From Octopus sinensis (taxonomy: Eukaryota): a stretch of DNA of 64,000 bases. A model generated the notes under the pieces. It had not been told where the DNA came from, ran no database searches, and saw only the letters and a list, made by a program, of their open reading frames with translations. The stretch is from assembly GCF_006345805.1 (NCBI RefSeq), contig NC_043019.1:26101360-26165359 (forward strand), read 5' to 3'. A program made the position numbers and the translations under genes. This document shows, one piece after another, positions 1 through 64,000 of the stretch (position 1 is the stretch's first letter; each line of letters opens with the position of its first letter).

Positions 1-262
1 ACCACCTGTGTCATCTCCTGTGAAGGTAGGAGAGTCCAGTTTGCTGGACATTGTTGTAGAGCTGAAAAAGAAGTCATTTCTACTCTTCTCCTCTGGAAGC
101 CATCTACTCGCAATACCAGAGGGCGCACACTCTCCTACCCTGATGTAATCTCCAGGGATACAGGCATCCAGCAACAGGACCTCCGTAATGCTATGATGGA
201 CCGTGAAGTCTGGCGTAACATAGTAAATTCCATGGTCTCGACCACGGTCGAACAATGATGAT
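1..262 (+). mobile_element. RTE-clade LINE 3' end
   Basis: Nearly identical to 23901-24165; RT C-terminus ending ...VSTTVEQ* followed by a (TGA)n tail. Confidence 0.85.
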
Positions 263-2084
263 GAATGAAAAGCTTCCATCTTGGATGACGTCCATGTGAT
301 ATATAAAGAAGTAAGCCAAGTTAGTCTGGCCAAACCTCCACACCACTGACCACAGCCAGAAATGTCTAGTATCAAGTTGTATTGACATAAAGTGAAAAAA
401 AAAAAAAAATCATTCAACAAGTTTGAACCAATCAAAACCTTCGTCACAGACACTGCTTGCCAAAGGCTCACACCACCACCCTCCTTTCTTTTCCTCTCAC
501 TTATACACTTCCTTTTATGGTATTGTTAAAAAAAAAAATTGCTATTCTCTTCAAACAGATACAAAAATATTTAAAACATATGCAACAAAAAGCTTGGCTG
601 TCAGGTAAGAAGTTTGCTTATCAACCACACAGTTCCAGGTTCAGTCCCACTGCATGGCATCTTGGACAAGTGTCTTCTACTTTAGCTTCGGGTCAACTAA
701 AGTCTTGAAGCTGTGGCCAAGCTGGGGCACCACCTTGAAGAAATTTTAGTCAAATGAATCTGCATCAGTACTTTTTTTTTAAAGCCTGGGATTTATTCTA
801 TCAGTCTCTTTTACCAAACCACTAAGTTACAGGGATGTAAACACACCAACACTGTTTGTCAAGCAGTGAAGGGAGGACAATCACATACACACATAAATAT
901 AACAAGCTTCTTTTGGTTTCCATCTACTAAATCCACTCACAAAGCTTGGGTCAGCTCCAGGCTATAGTAGAAAACACTTGCCTAAGGTACCTCGCAGTAG
1001 GACAGATCCTGGAACCATGTGGTTGGGAAGCAAGCTTCTTACCACACAGCCACACCTGCACCTATATATAATGTGTGTGTGTGTGTGCATGTTCATTCCC
1101 TATCACTGCTTGTCAACCAGTGTTGGTTTGTTTTCACCCCCCATAACTTAGCAGTTCAGCAAAAGAGAACGAGAGAACAAGTATAAGACGTTAAAAAAAA
1201 GTCAGTAGTACGGCCAATTCATTTGACTAAAACCCTTCAAGGCAGTGCCCCAGCATGGCCACAGTCCAATGAGTGAAACAAGCAAAAGATTAAAAAATAA
1301 AACTGTAAATATTGGAGGGGTGACAGGGACATTTTTTTTGTTTTTCTGTTTGAAATTTTTTTATTTCCCCCACCCCACCCGACCCACCCACACACCAATT
1401 TCAAAAATAGACAGACATTATTAACAATTTCATAATAATAATTTCTTTTTCTTTTTTATTTCAATTTTATTTTATTCGTGGCATTATTTAATACAATGTT
1501 TATGGATGACATAAAAATGGTTCCTTGGTTCCATGGTCCCTGACTCCAACGATAACATTTTTGTTTCTTTGTTTTTCTTCTGCCTCCTCCTCCTCCTCCT
1601 CCTTCATTACTATCATTATTATTATTATTAATATTATTATTATTATTATTATTACAGGGTGTGGGGTTGAGGAGACAAACCAAGGTAAACAATAAATATA
1701 GGAGAAAGAGAGGGAGCACAATGGGGAAAAAGATGGTTGATTATACGGAGGGGTACAAGCCGTGGTGTAGCATGGGTAGGGCCACAGGGGTGATTGCTCT
1801 GGGCACAAAACTTTTAAAAAAAAACAGTTAAAGTAGTAATAATAAATAAAAGATAGTGTACCCTTCCTGCCATAGTAGCCTTGACCCCACAAAGTGGTGG
1901 CAGCCCAAGTTACAGCAATGGGCAGAAGGGAGGTCTTGGAAAGGTTGAGAAAAACCTTGAGTTTGTTTGGTTAAGGAAAAATATTGTAAATAAATATAAA
2001 TGAGCAAACAAGGGCAGTTTATTAAGGGTGAGAGATGAAGGGAGCAGGATGTGAGAGGGCTGAATGGATGGATGGACAGATAGA

Positions 2085-3100
2085 AGATGAGATGGACACA
2101 ATAAGGCAAGGGGGTGATGGAATGGATACAACAAGACAAGGGGGTGATGAGATGGATGCAATAGAACAAGGGGGGATGGGACGGACATAATAGGACAAGG
2201 GATGATGGAATGGACACAATAGGACAAGGGACAGATGGAATGGACACAACAGAAAGGGTGATGGGATGAACACAATAGGACAAGGGGTTAAATGGTCCAA
2301 TAGGACAAATGGAGTGATGAGATGGACATAATAGGACAAGGAGTGATTGAATGGACACAATAGGACAAGGGAGTGGTGGGATAGACATAAAAGGACAAGG
2401 GGTGATGGAATTGACACAATAGGACAAGGGGGTGGGATGGACACAATAGGACAAGGGGTTAAATGGTCACAATAGGACAAATGGAGTGATGAGATGGACA
2501 TAATAGGACAAGGAGTGATTGAATGGACACAATAGGACAAGGGAGTGGTGGGATAGACAAAAGGACAAGGGGTGATGGAATTGACACAAGAGGACAAGGG
2601 TAGTGATAGAATGGATGATGGAATGCACACAATAAGACAAGGGGTGATGGATGGACACAATAGGACAAGGGCTTGAATGAATGGTCACAATAGGACAAAG
2701 AGGCTAATGAGATGGGCACAATAGGACAAGGGGATGATGGAATAGACATAATAGGACAAGGAGTGATGGAATGGAATGAGAGGGGCACAGTGGGAATAGG
2801 GGATGAAAGGATGAGGTGGAATGAATGCAGTTGGACAATGGGGGGTGATAGAATGGAATGAAATGATACAATAGGATTAAGGGACGATGAGATGAAATGA
2901 ATGCAATAGAATGGAGGAGGGTGATAGAATGGAACGAAAGGATACAATAGGATTAAGGGACGATGAGATGAAATGAATGCAATAGAATGGAGGAGGGTGA
3001 TAGAATGGAACGAAAGGATACAATAGGATTAAGGGACGATGAGATGAAATGAATGCAATAGAATGGAGGAGGGTGATGGAATGGAATGGATTGAAAAGGG
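2085..3100. repeat. Purine-rich minisatellite (~28-30 bp unit GGACACAATAGGACAAGGGG..) followed by 3 x 76-bp units
   Basis: Unit visible directly; 76-bp units start at 2865, 2941 and 3017. Confidence 0.9.
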
Positions 3101-3986
3101 ACAATGGAATTAAGGTACGTTAGGATGGAATAGAATGAATAACCCATGCTAGCATGGAAAGCGGACGTTAAACGATGATGATGATGATGGGACAATGGGG
3201 TGATATAGAGACAGTGATGTGTCAAGGCAGAATTTACTTGAATCAATGAGGGCCAAAGATGAAGGCATTTGATGGTGACCCCCACTATATTCTGGATATG
3301 GATGGTGGTAAGAAAGTGCCATAATAGTACAGGAATAACCACAATGTAAGGGTGGGGGCGGGGCAGGTTTAGGACTGTAGCAACAACAACAGCAACGTGT
3401 ACATGTTCAAAAGTCAGAGATTTGCTCGTCGTTACGGTTGAAAGACAAAAATTTATAAAATATAATGGGATTCATTACGTGAATGAATATATTAATAAAT
3501 AAACACAAATTAATTAGCAGAGAGAGTAGGAGGAAGGAAGTAAAGAGAGGAGTAAAGGAGGAGGGTAAGAGAGAAAGGAAGTAATGGAAAGTAAACAGCG
3601 AGGAAGAAAGATCAATCTATCTGCTGTTTTGCTCCTCCTCCTCTCATACATATTCTCACTCCTCCTCTTACACTATCTCTCACTCTCGTTTTCTTTGTCA
3701 CTGTCTTTTTCTCACCTTCTGTCACCATTTCACTCTCTCTTCCTCTCACTCATGGAAACTAAATCCTTGTCTGTCTGTCTGTCTCTTATTCACACACACA
3801 CACACACACACACTCTTCTCTCTCATTTGTCTTTCACAGACTGTTTTCTCCTTCTTCCCTTCCTCACTGTCTCCCTCTCTTTCACGCCTCCTTCACCTAC
3901 CTCCCACTCTCCCTCAATTTCTCTTGCAAACAATGTCTTTTTTACAATAAGAACTTCTCAAGAGAAGGATAAGTGAGAGTAAGTAC

Positions 3987-4027
<41 letters not shown>

Positions 4028-4399
4028 GGCATATGGTCTAGGGGTTAGGATGCTGCACTCAGGATCATGAGATCATGGGTTCGATCCCCAGACAGGACAG
4101 CACATTCTGTTTTTCAGCAAAACACTTCCTTTCCCATTGTTTGAGTTCATTCAACTGTAAATAGGCAGCCCTGCAACAGACAAGTCTTCCGATCAGGAGG
4201 GATGTTGGCCCACTCGCTTAGCCAGTGAGATGGCATTATTCAAAAGCTAAGGCAGCGAGCTGGCAGAAACGTTAGCACGCCAGGCAAAATGCTTAACAGT
4301 ATTTTGTCTGTCTTTACGTTCTGAGTTCAAATTCCACCGCGGTCGACTTTACCTTTATCAACTTTTGGGGTTGATAAATTAAGTACCAGTTGCGCAGGC

Positions 4400-4680
4400 C
4401 TACTGACTTCTCTTACTTAATTTTTGCTTCTTCACCACCTTGTAGTTCCTTGGAACAACACTGACCACTTCGATGTGTTTAGTGTCCAATACTATGATGG
4501 TGACATCGTCCATATATGCAAACACAGACTTTCTGTACACTAGTCCTTATGTGATGCCCCATGAAACTTCTAACTTCTACAATTGAGACTCTAGATTCAG
4601 TACATATGGAAGAGGAGAAAAGGGGCACTCTTCATGGACCAATTGCATGATACTGCGATATTTGTTCTGTATGTCCCTCT
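4400..4680 (-). mobile_element. Degenerate L1/Tx1-like reverse transcriptase fragment
   Basis: Minus strand reads ...ECPFSPLPYVLNLE... then KSVFAYMDDVTIIV (YxDD motif), with stops and frameshifts. Confidence 0.6.
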
Positions 4681-5644
4681 CTACCCACTTAAACACACAC
4701 CCACAGGGGGCTTTTCCTTTTTCTTGTTATTTCTTGTCTGGCAAGTTACTTGGCAACCCCACAAGTGCCGGTGACATGAAAAAAAAAAAAGCACCCAGTC
4801 CACACAGTCAAGTGGTTGGCATTAGGAAGGGCATCTAGCCATAGAAACCAAGCCAAAGCTGACACTGGAGCACAATACAGCCCTGTGGCTTGCTGGATCC
4901 TGTCAAACTGTCCAACCCATGCCAGCGTGAAAAACGTATATTGGACCTTTAGCATTCAAATTATTCTGTCAAACGTAATGCTTATGTATTCATATTATTT
5001 TGAGTTAATACAGCACAATTTCATAGATTCTTGAGACTTCAATGATGTAAATGTATGATTTTTAGAATAATATTTTGGGGTGGGTGTGAGAGGTTATATC
5101 TGGCCAGTTTGAACATAAAACAGAATATTTTGGGCCCAATGTGGCTGGTTTAAATTCCAAAGGGTTAAATACTGATGAGGCGGAGGAGGAGAAGGAAAGA
5201 AAGAAAGAAAGGCTAAGTTGCCTGTGATGGTATTTGAACTCAGAATGGAGATGGAGGCAGTAATTAAATCTAGAAAGGAATTAAGTCCAGGAGCCTCCCA
5301 CTTCTACCATTCCACTGTCTTAATTACAAAAACGATGTCTATGATATGTAGACGAAGATGTGGTTGACTATGTTTGATACCCAGGTATATTTTTTGACTG
5401 TTGTTATTTACTGCATCCACCCCTAACAGCTTGCTGTTGTTGCTGATGCAAAGAAATGTAAATTAATGGGTAGTTGGTTGGGTGGATAGTTATTTACAGA
5501 GTGATGTAAATGCAGGTCTAGGTGGGTGGAGGGGAGTGAGAGAGTTGTAGAGGTGTGTGAGGGACCATAAGCCTTACGCTTGTTCCTGTGCTCCTCGTCT
5601 TCACCCCCAACCACCATCCCACCCCACCGGATACTCCTGCTGTC

Positions 5645-47256
<41,612 letters not shown>

Positions 47257-47688
47257 GGCTGGACTTGTGGCTTTCAGAAACTCTGCTTTCTCTCCTTTTT
47301 TTTTCCTTCCCACCTTATCGTCGTCTGTCGGCTTGTTTTTTTTTTAGTTAATATGAAATATTATACTGTCCATTTAGTCGACATGACATAATTGCAACAA
47401 CAATTTCCAAAACTGTTTGGGTGGGTGTGTATATAAACCTTATAAACACAACGCTTTTATACGTGTGCAACACACAAATAAATGGTAAAGGCTATTTATT
47501 TTCTGCTCAGCTATCGCTGATCCATTTTCGTTTAGCTTAATAATGCATTTATGTCAATATATATATACATATATATATGCGTGTGCATATGTCGTTTGTA
47601 GGCATGTATGTATATACACCATCGAATGTTGATATCATCGACAACAAGAAAGACAGAGTAAGGATAGTAATGAAAGGAGAAGGAGTAA

Positions 47689-47745
47689 CCAATCATTGCG
47701 CTTGTTTCAACAAAGTTCGGAATGCTTGGCATGGCTTCAGCCAAT
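47689..47745. promoter_or_regulatory. Two CCAAT boxes upstream of MTMR14 in the divergent intergenic region
   Basis: aaCCAATca at 47689 and agCCAATag at 47741, in locally CpG-richer sequence about 430-490 bp upstream of the MTMR14 ATG. Confidence 0.4.
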
Positions 47746-48886
47746 AGCAGACGACATCTGTTAAATTACTATTGTTGTTTAGTCCGAGGTCATTTCTGAT
47801 CCAGTAGACCTGGTCGGTTCCTCTGTTTTATTCCCATTGTCTCAGGGGTCGGCGGAGGGCGAGAAATTGGCTTGGAAATTTTGTTTTTGTATCTTTATGT
47901 TTCATATAACAGGAATTAAGATTTTGAAAAAGATTTTTTTTTTTTTAATTTTTAATTTTTTTTTTTAAATACGGAGACGTACTTGCATAGCAAGTGACCT
48001 GATCTGAGATCGTGTGCTGAAACAAAAACAATTGAAGCATGGAAGGTGTTTACAAGCCATTTAAGAAACACACATAAACCGTTAGATTCGCCTCAATATT
48101 TAAATATAATTTGTCAAAATGTTTCCGTGCTGCATTTTCTTTTAGTTTTGCCGCCTCTCCTCCAATATGCTGCGTTTTCCTTTCGTCATCAAACATCGAT
48201 AACCATTTCAAAACTCCACTGAACAACACTGTCCTATCTCTCTCTCACACACACACACACAGATTTTGTCGTCGTTGGTTACCATTAGTTATCGGGAAGT
48301 TACCATTAGTTTCACGTCTAATATTGCATTTATTAATATAGGTGACAGGATGCGCTCTGAAGGAAATCATCGAAGCAGGTCCCTATGGTCCTTTCAGTTT
48401 TAATGATTCCTTTTAGCGCAAGGCCAGCAATTTTGAAAGGAAGACACTAAACTGGTACTAATTTTATCGACCTCGAAAAGATAGTTTGGGCGGAATTTGA
48501 ACAGAAGGTAAAAGAACCAGAAGAAATGCTGCTATGTAATTTTTTGTCCGGCCCCTTAACTATTCTGCCAGTTTGCCGCCTAATAATTTGAGTATTAATA
48601 TTGATATATGATGCGGATAGCAGAATCGTGAAAATAGAAATGAGCAAACTGCGACCTGCCAAATGGCGCACCTGACGAAAAGTTACCTTCAATTTTTATT
48701 AATGCGGCCCGCCTGATGATGAACCGTGTCTCAAGCGATTTGCTTCTTGAAAAAGGTTGCCCGTGCCTGCGTTAGAGCGACTAACTTAATGTTTTTCAAT
48801 ATCTAGCTAAGTTCGACGTTTAAACCTTTCTGAGGTCGCTAAAATAAAGTAACGAAGTATTGAATCAATATATTCGATTTATGTAC

Positions 48887-49118
48887 GGCGGCGAGCTGGC
48901 AGAATCGTTAGCACGTCGGGCGAAATTCTTAGCGATATTTCGTCTGCCGTTACGTTCTGTGTTCAAATTCCGCCGAGGTCGACTTTGCCTTTCATTCTTT
49001 CGGGGTCGATTAAATAAGTACCAGTTACGCACTGAGGTCGATGTAATCGACTTGATCCGTTTGTCTGTCCTTGTTTGTCCTCTCTGTGTTTGACCCCTTG
49101 TGGGTAATAAAGAAATAG
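48887..49118 (+). mobile_element. tRNA-derived SINE family A, full-length young copy
   Basis: A-box-like TGGCAGAATCG, B-box-like GTTCAAATTCC, body CCTTTCATTCTTTCGGGGTCGAT..AAGTACC, tail GAAATAG. Related copies at about 4253, 11670, 15545, 16265, 35861-36810, 39390, 43925, 53021, 54512, 55380, 57770 and 62739. Confidence 0.88.
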
Positions 49119-50587
49119 GTATTTCGTCTGTCTTTGTGTTCTGAGTTCAAATTCCGCCGAGATCGATTTTGCCTTTCATCCATTCGGGATCGATAAATTA
49201 AATACCAGTTGCGTACTGGATCGATTTTAACCGACTGGCATCCTCTCCAAAAATTTCAGGCCTTGTGCCTAGAGTAGAAAAGAATATATTGATGCCCTTC
49301 CCAAAACGTGTAGTGGGTCTTGTGACTATGTTAGAAATTATTTCTATATCGTTCAGTTTGTTAGGCTTTAAACGGTGGAGGCCCAGTGGTTAGGGCGTTG
49401 TGAGTGTTTATTGAGCGAAAACACCTAAAGCTCCACGAGGCTCCGGCAGGGGATGGTGGTGATCCCTGCTGTACTCTTTCACCACAACTTTCTCTCACTC
49501 TTACTTCCTGTTTCTGTTGTACCTGTATTTCAAAGGGCCGGCCTTGTCACTCTCTGTGTCACGCTGAATATCCCCGAGAACTACGTTAAGGGTGCACGTG
49601 TCTGTGGAGTGCTCAGCCACTTACACGTTAATTTCACGAGCAGGCTGTTCCGTTGATTCGGATCAACCGGAACCCTCATCGTCGTAACCGACGGAGTGCT
49701 TCCACCAGGCTTTAAACAAAATTGAAAACATTAATGGAAATTTTCAATGTAATGAAAAAATTTTATGAAAATCTAAAAAAATTACGTATTAAATAATAAA
49801 TTGGAATATTTATAAAACTTGGAATTTCCACGAGTTTTCATTAGTTGGGTAATGTGATGTATAAGATAAAATGCCTTGCAATGTTTTATTGTGAGCCATC
49901 ACGTTCTGGGTTCAAATCCAGCTGATTTCGACTTGGGCTCTTCTTGTGTGTGTGTGTGTGTGTGGTTGATAAAATAAGTACCAGTTAATTATTGATGTTA
50001 ATTAAACAAATTGATCCATCCCAGAAAGTTTCTCTTCTTGTACTTATATTAAAACAGATTATTTTTCATCACCGGATAAGTTCCTGGTTAAAATTTATTC
50101 CGCCCCTTTATTTCTGTCCTTATGTTTCAGCAAGAAATCGTTAATTTATTTTTTTCCTTTTAATTCAAGGGGAAGCTTTATTTCACTCTTGAATAATTTA
50201 CAATAATAATTTATCTAAAACCCTAATGTAATAACAGGATTTTTGACACAAGTTCGTTGAGGCTGCGAAACATTAAAAAATAATCTAGGCACAAAAATAT
50301 TAAAAACCTGAGGCAGACGTTTTAATATCGCTTCGTGGGTGCCAAAGTAACAAGTACCCTCAACAAAAACCAACAACAATAATTATAATTATAATAATAA
50401 TTTAAGATCTGAAGCCTAATTGAAGTTATTTAGTGCTTCCCGTCTCCTTTACGAAGATAAAACACTTGCAATATTATTACACAATCGTTCACGTTTAGAT
50501 CCAAATAATACGGCGATGTGCCCTTAACTCTCTCGTTTTTCATTCTCACTCCTCTCTCTGTTAATTCTTGTTAGAATTATCTCAGAC

Positions 50588-63278
<12,691 letters not shown>

Positions 63279-64000
63279 GTAAGTCTTTCACTCTGAGACC
63301 CTAACCCAATTCTGGGCAAACTGTGGCGTATGGGAATTTCTAAATAGCATGCAACCGAAAGGATCTTGTATTTTTTTTTAGTAGTGTGGCCCACCTGAAG
63401 ATGAGCCAATATGTGGTATAAACAAACAGTCTTTCCAAATCCTGCTGTATTTCACATGGACTTCTTAGTCTTCCAAAGTCATCTTGGTGTTTAAGTTGAC
63501 TGACCTTTTTATTTTTGATGCAAATTTTAGTCTGAAAAATTTAACCTGATCAAATATCAAATATCAAGGGTTTTCTAGTAATGTCTGACAATATGTAGAA
63601 TTGTTATCCACTGAATGTTTCGTAGCCCTTTAATATTTAAACCAGCCATATCTGGTCCACATATTTTATATTCAAACTGGTCAGGTCCAGCCTCTCACAC
63701 ATACTCTACTTTGTCATTGCTAAAGTAAAGCAGTCACATCATTGAAATCTTGAAGCTATGAGATCATTCATGATCATTTCAAAACAATGAATAATTAAAC
63801 ATTACATTAGACAGAGTAAGCTGAATGCTTCAATTAATGTTGAAAATAGTTTAGTAAAATAACTGTCATTATTAATTGGTGTTTGGATCATAAATTTACA
63901 AGTTCTGATGGAAAATTTCAATTCTCAAAAACAAGATGTTTGTACCACAGAGCTAGGGGCAGTTTCCATCTCCCAAATCCACTCACAAGGCTTTGGTCGG

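Noticed and set aside
1828-3342. Several overlapping 120-210 aa Pro/Cys/Ser-rich ORFs
   Set aside because: They result from the minisatellite lacking stops on the pyrimidine strand.
47532-47744. ORF MAEAMPSIPNF... as an MTMR14 start
   Set aside because: It has no family similarity, runs into microsatellite-like sequence and overlaps the probable promoter.

Overview
This is AT-rich, repeat-dense animal genomic DNA. The SINE, RTE and microsatellite content suggests a coleoid cephalopod, probably Octopus; that is inferred, not searched. Two spliced genes sit head-to-head. (1) A complete MTMR14 (myotubularin-related protein 14, phosphoinositide phosphatase) lies on the minus strand. I assembled 18 coding exons by hand from 47256 down to 5645. 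All introns are GT-AG and phase-consistent, giving 1992 nt (663 aa plus stop) with the catalytic HCISGWDRT motif intact. (2) The first six coding exons of TRMU/MTU1 (mnmA-family mitochondrial tRNA 2-thiouridylase) lie on the plus strand from 50588, and the gene runs off the right edge. The introns hold tRNA-derived SINEs, RTE, CR1 and L1/Tx1 LINE relics, an internally deleted mariner, piggyBac-like and Tc1-like MITEs, a non-autonomous Helitron and many microsatellites. The most notable observations are: a recurring set of fold-back elements whose arms carry Penelope-type minimal hammerhead ribozyme motifs, with intact cores antisense to TRMU and repeated CGAAA>CAAAA decay elsewhere; a truncated copy of MTMR14 exon 2 enclosed in a 21-bp perfect inverted repeat; a palindromic NRF1/ETS promoter-like module inside an MTMR14 intron; a SINE that inserts at TACC sites, including into its own family; a perfect 45-bp hairpin at a LINE junction; and a ~1.27-kb tandem duplication that may be an assembly artefact. 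Exon coordinates were counted by hand. Repeat boundaries are approximate and family names come from motif recognition only.
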